Shown: positions 21,855-35,132 of the stretch, one piece after another
Numbering within the stretch: the first letter of the stretch is position 1
Layout: every line of letters begins with the position of its first letter
NCBI RefSeq assembly: GCF_006345805.1
Contig: NC_043011.1
Span: 2,542,001 to 2,606,000, forward strand
DNA length: 64,000 nt
Reading direction: 5' to 3'
DNA from: Octopus sinensis
Taxonomy: Eukaryota
Notes under the pieces: generated by a model
The model's database searches: none
What the model saw: only the letters and a program-made list of their open reading frames with translations
What the model was told of the DNA's origin: nothing
Translations under genes and position numbers: made by a program

Positions 21855-22160
21855 GTGGAGGCGCAATGGCCTAGTGGTTAGGGCAGCGGACTCGCGGTCA
21901 CAGGATCGTGGTTTCGATTCCCAGACCGGGCGTTGTGAGTGTTTATTGAGCGAAAACACCTAAAAATAAGCTCCACGAGGCTCCGGCAAGGGGTGGTGGT
22001 GATCCCTGCTGTACTCTTTCACCACTCTCTCTTCTGTTGGCCTGCTCGCTTAGCCAGCGGGGTGGCGTCATTCGAAGGCTAAAACAATGCGAACGCATTG
22101 TGACCAGCGATGTGTAACAACATCTGATGGTCTGGTCGGTCACGTGATCACATGATTATT
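21855..22160 (+). mobile_element. tRNA(Arg)-like SINE, third family, inserted in an (ATT)n tract
   Basis: Head GGAGGCGCAATGGCCTAGTGGTTAGGGCAGCGGACTCGCGGTCACAGGATCGTGGTTTCGATTCCC with A and B boxes. Flanked by ATT repeats on both sides. Confidence 0.8.
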
Positions 22161-22624
22161 ATTATTAACCACCACACCACGGGCATATATTTCATTTTCA
22201 TGTATCTAGAATTACATTGTTTGATTGACTTTTAAGCTGGTAGTGTATGCATCAGTGTCATTTCTTATAGGCTAAGTAATCTCATAGCGACTTCCTAATT
22301 AGCTTGTATTATTTGCTTGTGTAGGGTATTGCATTGTAGTCTGGATTGCTTTGAAGATCATTTGAAGATAATGGTGGTAGTTGGGGGAGGAGTAATGAGA
22401 ATGATAACAATGGTCACTACCAACAATCATCTTCATCATCATCCTCATCATAGTCACTCCCGCCTCCCCCCCCCCCGTTTTGCACTTTGTTTCAATGTCA
22501 ACCTAATACATTCCCTGTGTATGCCCTTTTGAGTTTTGTTGTTTACCTGTGTTTGTTTTTATTTTTGCTTTTATTTTTGATTTGCTCATTACTGGAATCT
22601 ACTGATACATGAATGTTGTATGTT

Positions 22625-23033
22625 GTATACTCTTTTACTCTTTTACTTGTTTCAGTCATTTGACTGCAGCCATGCTGGAGCACCGCCTTTAGTCGAGCAA
22701 ATAGACCCCGGGACTTATTCTTTTGTAAGCCCAGTACTTATTCTATCGGTCTCCTTTGCCGAACCGCTAAGTGACGGGGTCGTAAACACACCAGCATCGG
22801 TTGTCAAGCAATGCTAGGGGGGGCAAACACAGACACACAAACACACACATATATATATATATACATACATATATACGACAGGCTTCTTTCAGTTTCCGTC
22901 TACCAAATCCACTCACAAGGCATTGGTCGGCCCGGGGCTATAGCAGAAGACACTTGCCCAAGATGCCACGCAGTGGGACTGAACCCGGAACCATGTGGTT
23001 GGTAAACAAGCTACTTACCACACAGCCACTCCT
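22625..23033 (-). mobile_element. SINE family A
   Basis: Full-length match. Confidence 0.92.
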
Positions 23034-23639
23034 GTTTAAATATTTATTTGACAATTATGTAGTCTGGAGAAATGCAGTTTTATGTCCTTATTGAACAACT
23101 GCAAGTTGACAGCTGTCAAAAAGATAGGGGTAGGAGATAATTCCAGCAGATTCTCAAAGTAGGGGAGCAGAACTGGATCTTTAGTGACCTGGGGATTGGG
23201 GATTACCATTAAAGCAGTTACAAGCACCACTGCTATCACAACCTTCACTGCCGTTTCTGCTGGTTTTCTCACTTTTCAGAGTATCTTATCACTGATCTCA
23301 GTCATCACAAGCAGTATTATTGCCATTAATATTTAAACTTCTGAAATGAATTACCATAATTAAAATTTTCCTGGCTGATAATACATTTATTTTATGTATC
23401 CAGTTTATTTCCAGGCATTCAGTGAATATCAAATGTACCAGGATAGATTTCTAACTTTTATTTGTAAACAGAATGTGTTAATGTCCTAATCCACTAAGAC
23501 ACCACCATATACACAATAATTAGTGTATTTAAAGTTATTTATGAATCCAGTTTTCACAATAATGTCAAATGCATTAAGTTCATTACAGTGCCCATAGTAA
23601 CCTCTTAATTACTGGATTATGAATGAGTGCAAGAGTTAT

Positions 23640-24270
23640 GAATGAGTGCCAAGAGCATCGCCTAAACATCTTTCACCTGTGCTGCCTCCGGAAAATCCTT
23701 CACATAAAATGGCAGAATCATGTCCCCAACAAAGATGTCCTCAGGCAAGCAGGAATACCAAGCATGTTTGCACTCCTCACACAAAGACATATGAGATGGC
23801 TTGGGCATGTTAGCCATATGAAAGATGGCAGAATCCCCAAGGACATATTCTACGGAGAGCTTGCTAGGGGTACTAGGTCTGTAGGAAGACTGTTCTTACG
23901 TTACAAGGATGTTTGCAAAAGGGATATGAAGGCCTGCAACATCAATTTAGCAATTGGGAAGCAGTTGCCAGCAACCGTGGAGATTGGCGACGTACCGTAT
24001 AAGAGGGAATACAAAGGAGTGACAGAGAGAGAGAGAGAGAGAGAGAAGAAATGGAAAGACAAGAAAAGATGTCAACAAGAAACTATGACATTACAACTAG
24101 CCAGGCAAAGTCTTTGCTACATTTGCGGCACCTGCCAAAGGTAGTGTTTGTCCAGGAGAGGACTACACAGCCACAGCAGGAAATGTATTAGGGCATAAAA
24201 TGTAAAAGCTGGACTAGATTATTTTATGCACAACTCCATTGTCTGCCGAGACAAAAAGGATGCCAACATA
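23640..24270 (+). mobile_element. RTE (BovB-type) LINE 3' fragment
   Basis: RLNIFHLCCLRKILHIKWQNHVPNKDVL...RWLGHVSHMKDGRIPKDIFYGEL...RYKDVCKRDMK, plus a C-terminal C2H2-like remnant and a 3' CCATTGTCT..CGAGACA stem. Confidence 0.88.
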
Positions 24271-24597
24271 TGAATGAGCATCATTACTCACATATATTTC
24301 CTTTTCTTGCCTGAGTTTCTACAGTGTTTCTTTATATATAATGGAAATCTCTTTCCACAATGTTTAGGATTCCCATCTTGAAGCATGTGTTTAGCCATTT
24401 CTGATTTTGACATTTCTCCTTTTGTTAGAATTTCATCTATTATGACTATTAATGACTAATTTTTTCTTTGTGTGACTTTCCACAAATGCATGAAATATAA
24501 TAAATGCAGTTCTTTAGTTTTCAACACTTGTGACTCAGTTTTACTCTAAGAAAGAATCTGAAGCATCTTGGATTTTGTTCTGATATATTTCCCAAAA

Positions 24598-25015
24598 AGC
24601 AGCGAGTTGGCAGAAACGTTAGCAGGCTGGGCGAATTGCGTAGCCGTCTTTTGTCTACCGTTACGTTCTGAGTTCAAATTCCGCCGAGGTCGACCTTGCC
24701 TTTCATCCTTTCAGAGTCGATTAAATAAGTACCAGTTACACACTGGAGTCGATATAATCGACTTAATCCGTTTGTCTGTCCTTGTTTGTCCCCTCTGTGT
24801 TTAGCCCTTTGTGGGTAGTAAAGAAATAGGTATCTCGTCTGCCATTACGTTCTCAGTTCAAATTCCGCCGAGGTCGACTTTGCCTTTCATCCTTTCGGGG
24901 TCGATTAAATGAGTACCAGTTACGCACTGGGGTCGATGTAATCGACTTAATCCGTTTGTCTGTCCTTGTTTGTCTCCTCTGTGTTTAGCCCCTTGTGGGT
25001 AGTAAAGAAATATAT
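24598..25015 (+). mobile_element. SINE family B tandem dimer (full copy plus head-truncated copy)
   Basis: 24598-24832 is followed directly by a second copy starting TCGTCTGCCATTACG. Confidence 0.9.
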
Positions 25016-26494
25016 ATTTCCCAAATTCTCTGTCTTCCTTTTTAGTTAAGACCCTTGTGGTGAGGTAGAGACTCAGTGGGTTCTAGCTTAGTTTCCTCTC
25101 CATACTTGTCTTATATGATTGACTATATATTTGTTTCTGAGGAATGTTTTCTTAAAGTACATAGCTGCTGTACTTTATATATTCATATTCACTGGCACAG
25201 ATATTTTGTCTTACATTTAGGCATCTTGGAATGTCATTCTTGTTATTGCACTCTACATGTGATGAAACTTATAGTCAAACTAAAAACATGTTGCTGTTGA
25301 TTTACACTGTCAAATACTTAAATAATGATTTACAAATAGCGCCCCATTATACATTGGTATGATCCAAAACACCAAAACACAGCTAAGTCTACTGTGAAAA
25401 TAATACAATTATATTTAAAAATGTGCAAAAATACAAACAGAGATTCAAAATATAACATCTTGATAAATATATTTCATTTATTGAATAAAGAAGTAAGTAT
25501 TTAATCTTTGTAAGTGGTTTAAATTCTTTATATATACTATAAATATCTTTGTTAAATATATATTTTGACTTCATGCACAAAGTGCACCAAAATATTTTTA
25601 TTTGGTCTTAAGTGCACTCAGCTTTAGTACCATTTTACAAGAAGACTGTATATGAGTTCAAAGGTGTAATACTTGATTATGACTCTAGATTGGTTTGACT
25701 GAAATATTGCATAAATGGGAATATGAAAGTAAACGATAATAGATGTTTATCTCAATTTATTTTGTAGTAGAAATAACTGTGAAATATATTTCCCTGAAAT
25801 AGTTGCTAGAAAGTTCCCATACATTTATTAATTGATATCATTAAATAATATTATTTTGGTCTTGTATGTTATTTAATTCATTAAATATTAAGTATGGTGA
25901 AGCAGCCCTTATAGTCGAAATAATCTATAGAGTTGAAGATAACTTTTTCTTCTGATTTTGGCATAAGGTCAATTTTTCACAAGACTGGATATAATTATTT
26001 AATCACACTCATCACAATATATTACAGGCACTTTGTTATTGACTCCAAAGATAAGGAAGGTAAAATCAGTCCCAATGGAGTCTGAGCTCATTTTGTTTAG
26101 AGATAAAACCATATACTATATGGCCTTTAGTCAGATGGGTGCTAACTCATTACCCTTGTACACTTATAATAGCGATTTCTTTATTTGAAGCATGGCCAAT
26201 TTTTGTAAAGAAAAGTTTAGTAGACTAAATTCACTTAATCATTAGTTCTTGTGTCCCCTCTCCAAAGAGAAGAAAAGCAAAGCTGACTTAGCAGAATTTA
26301 ATTGCAGAATTTTGGACAGTACACCTAACTGGTCACTTGATTTAATGTTGCCACCTTGCACTTGGATGCCTTTAGAAAAGTATGATGTCTTGCAAACATT
26401 TGAATCAGTTACTTGAAGTGAGAATAACATCCTCCCATCAGTCTCAAAGGCTCTGAAAACTATCAGGATGATACAATTTTTTCTCTGGTCAGGT

Positions 26495-26537
<43 letters not shown>

Positions 26538-28640
26538 AAACAAACCTAGACAGCCAAAACTAGATTATCTAAAACATTTACTTTCTAGCATTACTATTTG
26601 TGCTGTTATCACTGTCCTTGCTTAGTTCATAATAATAGAAGAGACCAAGGAACAGTTTCTGTACCATTCCTGTAAGTGGTGGTGCTGAATTCTTTCAACC
26701 CATTGAGTTTTTGACATGTACCGTGAAATGTTATCCTGTAATGTATGTAGCAAGTTCATATTAAGGTAGGAGCTATGTATGCTGCAGTTCTGGAGACCAA
26801 ACGGCTTTCAGGGCCATGAATAATATAATTACATTATATGTTGATAAATGTAGGGCCTACTTCTTTGTTATAGCATCTAGGCAATGAACATCTAAAACTC
26901 CAAATGGATATCACAAGTGGATTTGAAATGAAATCTGCAACTTTTAAAAATGCTCGTAAACTTTATAGTGCTTATACTGCTTAAAGCAAGGAACTGAAGC
27001 AGGACATGTTTCTAATTAATATGGGTGTCTAAGACAGTTAAAAGCAGGGTTTGTCACAGGATATGAATCACTAAACTTTGCCTTCTACTACAAAACCATA
27101 TTGATTTGGCATGCTTAAACTTACTTTGAGGTATAGTAATCAATAAACTCCATTAGATATCAGGAAATTGTCTTTCTTTTTCATAGAATTTTCTAATAGT
27201 AATTAAGTGGGTAGAGATATTCACAATTGAAACACAATGCAAAAATTAGCCTGACCTGCTCAGTCTGTGATGAGCTGAAAAGCTAATGTTTCGAAATGTT
27301 TTTTCTGAGTAGTTGCAGCCAAAAATTTTGGATTTCTGACAACAAAACTATGTCTATCTATCAAGTTAATGGGAATATTGGCAAACTTGAATTTTCACCA
27401 CTAATAGCCTGATGAGAAAACAATAGAATAATAGTCAACTAAATGGGAGAAAAGATGAAAATCTCAAAGACATTGTGGTCTGCTGTCAGAAGTCCTAATA
27501 TAAATATTTATATTAATCAAACAAAGCTTCAAACGACCTTCTATCCATTTTATTTCAATTTGCTTTTATTTGTATTTCTTTTTAAATACAACATATCTAA
27601 GGAAATCTGCCAACACGTATGCAAAGTCATATTTAATTTTTTCTTTATTTCAGTTTCTTTTTTTTTTTTTTACATCTGCAACAAGAAATATTTGACTTTT
27701 CAATTTTGTTGTTCAAAGGAACCAGAAATTATTGTTTTCAAAAGTTCAAAAAGACACTCATTTTGATTATGAAGCTGTAGTTTTACAAATATTGACTTGG
27801 CAGATTTGTGTGATTCTACCTCTCTGATAAAGCTTCCACTTTGCTTTGGAATGGAATCTGCTTTTATTTTATTTTATTTTATTTCTAATTGGAACATTTC
27901 ATACTTTTATTTTCCTTTTTATTTGTTGTAAATAATAGAGTTGATATTCGATGTATTTAAATGGACTTCAAAATGATTCCATGTATAGACTTCACTTGGC
28001 ACTAGCAATTCTGTCCACAGATTTTAGATTCTATAGAAAAGGAATTATTTTATTTCATAACAAAACATTTTTGTTGTAACCTTCTCTTTTCATATATATA
28101 TATATATGTGTGTAAATTTATCAAGTTTTCACTACAGCTTCCTCAGTCATTCTTAATACAATAAACAATTACAATAGAATACAATAAATCAGATGGCAAA
28201 TGCTTCTCACTTGCAATGCCTTTTATACTTACTAACAGAAAATAATCCATCTATATTTACCCTGTTGACTTGTTTGCTGTCTAATTATAATTGAAGGCAG
28301 TTTCAAATGAGAATGTTTGATGATGATCTATAGCAAGGAATAGCAGAACTTACCATTTCTACTTTTGAATAGAGAATGAATTAGGGTTGAAGAAGAATGA
28401 TATACTACACTGTGAAAGAAAGATAGAATGGTAGATGCACTAAAGTAGATATATAATAATCTGTACAGTGAGGGCATGTTTGTCAAAAGCAGTTAGCATG
28501 TGTATAAACAAATACAGATAGATAAAGGGATGAGGAATATCAAATGTCGGATACTTTCATCCTCTAGCAAACCACCAGTGTTGGCTAGAGTTCTAAGGTA
28601 GCAAGAGTGGGAGGGAGTGAGCTAGAATGGTAATAATGCG

Positions 28641-28872
28641 AGCGGTGAGCTGGCAGAAACGTTAGCATGCTGGGCGAAATGCTTAGCGGTATTTCATCAG
28701 CTGATATGTTCTGAGTTCAAATTACGCCGAGGTCGACTTCGCCTTTCATCCTTTCATGGTCGATAAATTAAGTACCAGTTACACACTGGGGTCGTTATAA
28801 TCGACTTAATCCGTTTGTCTATCCTTGTTTGTCCTCTCTGTGTTTAGCCCCTTGTGGGTAGTAAAGAAATAG
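28641..28872 (+). mobile_element. SINE family B
   Basis: Full length, with probable TSD GGTAATAATG. Confidence 0.9.
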
Positions 28873-29169
28873 GTAATAATGTGATTGGAACAGATAATGA
28901 ATATCTCAAATTATAGTGAGCATGATACCACAAGAGGTGAGTAGAGATATGACTTTATTATTCATTTAAACATTGAACTGTGATCCTTCCTTCTAATCCT
29001 TCCTTCATTTTTGACAATCTGTAAAGTACTGATATCCTTGATTGGGGATATTTCTTCATTTTCACATTTTTCTGACTTCTCCCACTCTGATAATGGAATA
29101 TTCAACGTATGGAATCCTTACTTAATATCACAGCTCACATCCTGGTTATTCTAGAAACAGTTGTAATAT

Positions 29170-29975
29170 GTTTATATTCTCTATCTAGCGTAAATGCAGA
29201 GGTACCAAGGATCAACTCATGGTAGACAAAAACTGAACTTAGAGACTGCAACAGGAGGAAAACAAACTTAGCCATGCCATGGATCAATTATTGTAAGGCA
29301 TACAATGTGATCCCACATTCTTGGATTATGGAATGTATGAACATATTTGGTATTGCATCGAATGTTGAGTGACTGCTTGGAAAAAGTATGGCAAAGTGGA
29401 GGATGGAACTAACAGCAAATGGAAAAAGTTTAGGGACAACAGAAATCAGGAGAGGCATATTCCAAGGGGACTGCCAGCCCCACTGATCTTTGTGCTGTGC
29501 ATGAAACCACTAACACTGATTCTGAGGAAATCAAAGGCTGGGTATGTATTCAAGAGCCACCAACAAAACGTCAACCACTTGGTATTCATGGGTGACCTCA
29601 AACTTTATGGTAAAGATGAATCCTAAATCAGTTCCCTTGTTGATACGGTGTATACTTTAAGTGCTGATATCTGAATGGAGTTTGGACTGAAAAGGTGTGG
29701 TGTGTTAGTCTTGAACAGGGGCAAAATCAAATGTATGGACAAGTTAGTGATACCATTAGGGGATGTTATGAAGCAAAGAGAAGAGACGGGCTATAAATAC
29801 TTGGGGATATTGGAAATGAAGAAAGAAATGACTGAAACATTTAAGGTGGAGTACTTGCGCAGACTGAGACTGACCCTTAAGTCGAAATTAAACAGATGGA
29901 ATAGGATTGAAGCTATCAACAACTGGGCGGTTTCACTACTTAGATATGGAGCAGGGGTAATTAACATCCTTAGAA
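29170..29975 (+). mobile_element. Decayed R4/Dong-clade LINE RT fragment
   Basis: AYNVIPHSWIMECM, NHLVFMGDLKLY, MEFGLKRCG, GYKYLGILE and EYLRRLRLTLKSKLN...INNWAVSLLRY. Confidence 0.82.
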
Positions 29976-30151
29976 AAACCCTATCCATTTAAGTGTCTGT
30001 GTTGTATTACATGAAGATATCTTGCTTCTGCCCTTGCCATTTTCCCTCCCCAAGCTTTCAGTCATATTGTAACATCTTTTATCCTTCACTCACCTTAGGA
30101 CACTGGGTGTGTCTCAGCAAGTGATTGTAGCAAACATGCAGATTAAATGTA

Positions 30152-30169
<18 letters not shown>

Positions 30170-30184
<15 letters not shown>

Positions 30185-30424
30185 CCTTTCCTCTAAATGC
30201 ACAAAGCCTGAAATTTGGAGGAGAGGTATAGTCGGTTACATTGACCCCAGTGTTCAACTGGTACTTATTTCATCGATTCTGAAAGAATGAAAGGCATAGC
30301 CGATTTTGGCAGAATTTGAACTCTGAAAGTCAAGGTGGACAAAATGCCACTAAGCATTTTTCCTAGCATGCTAATAATTCTGTCAGATAATAATAACAAG
30401 AACAACAACAACAATAACAACAAC

Positions 30425-30460
<36 letters not shown>

Positions 30461-30725
30461 TAATAATAATAATAATAATAATAATCCTTTCCTCTAAATG
30501 CACAAAGCCTGAAATTTGGAGGAGAGGTATAGTCGGTTACATTGACCCCAGTGTTCAACTGGTACTTATTTCATCGATTCTGAAAGAATGAAAGGCATAG
30601 CCGATTTTGGCAGAATTTGAACTCTGAAAGTCAAGGTGGACAAAATGCCACTAAGCATTTTTCCTAGCATGCTAATAATTCTGTCAGATAATAATAACAA
30701 GAACAACAACAACAATAACAACAAC

Positions 30726-30780
<55 letters not shown>

Positions 30781-31690
30781 GTAATCTGCTGGCTGTGAGC
30801 AGTTTGCATTTTCCATCATACCCAGCCAAATAAAGCTGTGATTTTTCATGATATAATAATAATAATAATTCTTTCTTCTATAGACACAAGGCCTGAAATT
30901 TATGGAAATGGGGCTAGTCAATTATATGAGCACCTAGTACTTATTTCATCAACCCCAAAAGGACGAAAGGCAAAGTTGACCTCAGTGGAATTTGAACTCT
31001 AAATATAAACATGGACCAAATGTTGTTGAGCCTTTTGTCTGGCATGCTAACAATTCTGCCAGCTTGCTGGCTCAAAGTATAATAATAATCCTTCCTACTA
31101 TAGGGACAAAACCTGAAATTTGGGGGGATTACATCGACTCCATTGCTCAACTGGTACTTATTTCATCGACTCCAAAAGGATCAACGGTAAAGTTGATGTC
31201 AGAAGATAAAGATGGATGAAATACCTATTTCTTTACTACCCACAAGGGGCTAAATACAGAGGGGACAAACAAGGACAGACAAACGGATTAAGTCGATTGT
31301 ATTGACCCCAGTGCGTAACTGGTACTTATTTAATTGACCCCGAAAGGATGAAAGGCAAAGTTGACCTCGGCAGAATTTGAACTCAGAACGTTAGGGCAGA
31401 TGAAATACGGCTACGCATTTCGCCCGGCGTGCTAACGTTTCTGCCAGTTCGCCGCCTCATAATAATGATAATAATCCTTTCTATTAAAGACACAATGCTT
31501 TAAATTCCGGGGGAGGAGAATAGTTGACTACACTGGCCCCAGTGTTTCACTGGTACTTAATATACTGACCCTCAAAAGATGAAAGGCAGAGTGGACCTTG
31601 GTGGAATTTGAACTCAGAACGTAAAGATGGACAAACTGCCACTAAGCATTTTTCCTGGCATGCTAACGATTCTGCCAACCTGCCACATTA
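30170..31690 (-). mobile_element. Nest of six co-oriented family B or B-variant SINEs separated by (AAT)n tracts
   Basis: Copies at about 30175-30390, 30480-30690, 30865-31075, 31085-31200, 31222-31457 and 31470-31687. Confidence 0.88.
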
Positions 31691-34204
31691 ATAATGGTAA
31701 CAACAATAGGAAAGAATATAAAGAAGAAATATTGTGCTAAAAGAATCCTGATAAGATATAACTTTGAAAGTAATGCATTCTAAAATGTATCAATAAATTG
31801 AAGTCTCCCAAAATGGATAAAATGTAAAAAGTTTGGAAGAAAAATAAGAACTCGGCAAACGCATACAAAAACCTTGCAAAAGTATGAACCATTTAATGCA
31901 AGAGTTCAACATTAACATGTAAATAGTTCCCGAAGAGAAAAAAATTTGTCCTAATTTCCTAAAATAAAGAAACATCTTTCCTTAACAGTAATTTACCTTT
32001 ACTTTTCATGGTTAAAGCAAGGTTAATTAGAGGCAACATGTGGCCAGAAGGTATCAGAATTGATTTTCAAGTTCTAATCACCTCACAAAGGATATTAAGT
32101 GATGGTAGAACTGTGCATATTTGATGATGTTGAGACAAAGGGCATGAAATAATGAGACAAGGTAATAAGTTTAGTTGCTACATTTGTAAGACTTACCTTT
32201 GATCACTCGTCTTGAAGAACTAGAAAGACAAAAATAGTTCTAAAATAAGTAGGAAATGTAGAGCAAATGAGAGAGCAGCAAGATTAAGAAACATCAGTTT
32301 CTATAGCACTATCAACCCAAAGCCTAAGGATGGGTGGAGAAACTGAATTATGTCCACTATTAGAAAAAACAAGAAACAGGTTTTCTCATAGCAGTAGCAA
32401 TTAAGTGGGCCATTCTGTGATCATGCTGTTAAGAAGAAAAATAATTGTTGCAGAGGTAAATGTACAGTTAAAGGAAAAAAAAAAAGAAATGTAATAAAAA
32501 AAAGGGAAAACCTTTTGAAAACAGAAAAGTTAATACAAAACAACAGACTAAAAGGAACAATTCCTTCTAAACAACAGTACCCATCTTTGGAAAAATACTG
32601 AAAATATAGAGTAAGATGGGAGCGGCTGTGTGGACATAAACCTGCCCTTTTTCTTTCTTTCTTCCTTGTTTTTTTTCATACACTTTTGTTTATTACATTC
32701 TCTCTTTTCATGCTTAGTCTCTGCCACTTTCTGTTTTACATGTTGGTTTAGCTTGTCTCTTTACTTCTTTATTACTTTCTCTTCTCTTCCTTTATTTATT
32801 TATTTTTGTTTGTTTTTGTTGCAAAGATGGACATTAAAGGGGACCTTTCATTAAAAATCAGTTTGAAAGTTTATCATGTGCTGTTGTATCTTAGTAGTAA
32901 TAGGAGATTCCTGTGACATGCTGAAACAAACTATATAATCAAAGGGTCCTGACATATCAGCGAACTTGAAGCCCAGTGGACTGCAATGATTACCTTGGGT
33001 CACTCAGTGAAATTGGATCCAACTGTCATGAATATTTTTCGTGACAACTACATCTCAGGGGTTGTGCTCCACCTGCCAAGTCCTGCAACACAGTTATGGA
33101 TAGCAAGTGGCTCAAGTATGTGTTGTTGCTAAACATATATTTATTTTTGAACCAGTGGTGATGAGAGCATCGATCCCTGCTTGTAAACTGACAAATGATT
33201 TTTATGAATACCACTGGGACAAAAATTGCTGATGCAACATTTGAAGTGTGTTCTGGCAGTTGTCTTTGATATGTCAGTGGACTGCTGCTTACCACGAATG
33301 AATAAAGAAAACTTTTCTGTTTGAGACATATTTCATTTGTCCCCTCTCACTTCTACCCTTTTTACTCCCAGTTCCTTTCTTCTTGTTTCTATAGAGTTCA
33401 TAGTCTTGTGAAGGAAGTTGTGTAGTAGTGGAGGTTCTTTTTGTCTCTCTATTTTTGCCAAGCATTTCAATTAAGAAATGTATGAGTGTGTGTGTGGGAT
33501 ATGTTTGTATCAGCATGCATAATACATGATATTGTTTGTTCTTAAGTTAATTATCAGTTTATGGGATTTTTCATTCTTCTTTTTCTTTTCTTTTTCTCTA
33601 TTTTTTTTTTAGTAATTTACTGTTATAGTAACATGATAAGATACAAAATAACACTTCTCAGATAAGCAGCCTATTTATTATGTTTATTGCATCAAGTTAA
33701 TATATTGCTACATGTATATCCATATTTTCACAAACTCCAGATGTACTTGCAATCATAATTCCTTCTGTCGGTTATTTATACAGCAAGCTCTTCATATATT
33801 CCTGTTAGGAATTTACAATTGCATTGTTATAAATTCCTAGTTCAGTTTTTCTTTACTTAACTTCTTGCTGTTGCATGACTGTCAAATTTATTTACCTGGT
33901 CCATCCATCACATGGCAAGAACTTATTTGTATTAGTTTTGTTGTTGCATGGTGGACAAATAAGTTTTGTTATATATTACTTTACATATGTTTATAGTATT
34001 ATAGTGGGTTTTGATCACTGGTTTAAACTGCTAGAACTGTTAGGTATATGATTATGAGTTCAAAATGACTTACATTTTCTTGGTCAGACAAATTTTTCAT
34101 TTTATCTTAGTCAAATGAAATGACAAGTATTTGAAACTACCTGACAATAGTCTAATCTAATCAGATGAAAAATCTTTGAAAATATGTAAAATCAATTTTA
34201 TATA

Positions 34205-34230
34205 CATATATATGTATGTATGTATATATA

Positions 34231-34277
<47 letters not shown>

Positions 34278-34300
34278 TATGTATATAAAATTGATTTTAC

Positions 34301-34351
<51 letters not shown>

Positions 34352-34370
34352 TATGTATATATACATATAT
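34205..34370. repeat. Interrupted (TA)n microsatellite with internal duplication
   Basis: Direct reading. GTAAAATCAATTTTATA (34187-34203) has an inverted copy at 34284-34302. Confidence 0.9.
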
Positions 34371-34516
34371 ACAAGCACAGGCATGGCCCAGTAGTAAGAA
34401 GCTTGCTTCCCAACCACATGGTTCAGGTTCAGTCCCACTGCATAGTACTTGGCAAGAGATGTCGACTATAACTTCAGGCTGACCAAAGCTTTGTGATAGA
34501 CACTGAAAGAAGCTTG

Positions 34517-34520
<4 letters not shown>
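34370..34520 (+). mobile_element. SINE family A, 5' part only
   Basis: Head and B box present, ending at the internal TA tract. Confidence 0.8.
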
Positions 34521-34551
<31 letters not shown>

Positions 34552-34622
34552 CATTCAAAAGAAAGTAAGAAAATATAGATATAACATTTAATAAAAAATT
34601 ATCTGCAAAAATCAAACATAGT

Positions 34623-34706
34623 CCCTTACAACTGTTTCAATTAAGCCTAAAAGATTAAATAATAATTATTAAAATCATGATATTAGGCAAAAATCTCTTC
34701 AGAGGA
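34623..34706 (-). ncRNA. Mirror-copy type I hammerhead motif
   Basis: Minus strand reads TCCT-CTGAAGAG-ATT..GCCTAA..GATT..AATC..TTAGGC..AATT-GAAAC-AGTT-GTA-AGGG. Confidence 0.7.
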
Positions 34707-34805
34707 GTAGAATAAAGATATACTGTTAGGCTTTTGTGTGTTGTATTCTGTGTGATGGTTTTAAAATACAACACATAAAAACCTAATGGTATATCTTTTT
34801 TCTAC

Positions 34806-34888
34806 CCCTCTGAAGAGATTTTGGCCAATATAATGATTTTAATAATTGCTATTTAGTCTTTTAGGCTTTATTGAAACAGCTGTAAGGG
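34806..34888 (+). ncRNA. Type I hammerhead ribozyme motif with long helix II
   Basis: Helix I CCCT/AGGG. Core CTGAAGA-G at 34810. About 55-nt helix II region. GAAAC at 34873. Palindromic helix III ACAGCTGT. Triplet GTA. Confidence 0.7.
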
Positions 34889-35099
34889 ACTATGTTTGAT
34901 TTTTACAGAAAATAAATCTTTATCAAATACTATATCTCCATTTTCTTACTTTCCTTTGAATGATTATAAACTGGGGTTTATACTTAAACCTATTGTTTTA
35001 TGAATATTATTGTTCACAACAATTGTTAGATATTAAACCAGTAATTCATTGGATGATACCATCCCTTAATGAGGTTAATCTAACCTCTAATTGACTATA

Positions 35100-35132
<33 letters not shown>

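Larger units (their letters stand above)
34546..34968. repeat. ~423-bp imperfect palindrome with ~18-nt central loop
   Basis: TATAATCATTCAA... at the left end pairs with ...TTGAATGATTATA at the right end. The arms pair throughout, roughly 80-85% by eye. Loop about 34747-34764. Confidence 0.92.

Noticed and set aside
21855-21930. Functional tRNA-Arg gene
   Set aside because: There is no proper acceptor or anticodon stem and it continues into a SINE body, so it is a tRNA-derived head.
23036-23272. Minus-strand 78-aa ORF (KPAETAVKVVIAVVL...)
   Set aside because: No recognisable homology, and the nearby acceptor gives stops in all frames. It cannot be supported as an exon.
28110-28150. Minus-strand CTGAGGA...GAAA..GATA as a hammerhead
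   Set aside because: No helix I.
29085-29170. CTGATAA...GAAACAGTTGTA resembling the 34.6-kb hammerhead
   Set aside because: The core is mutated and helix I does not pair.
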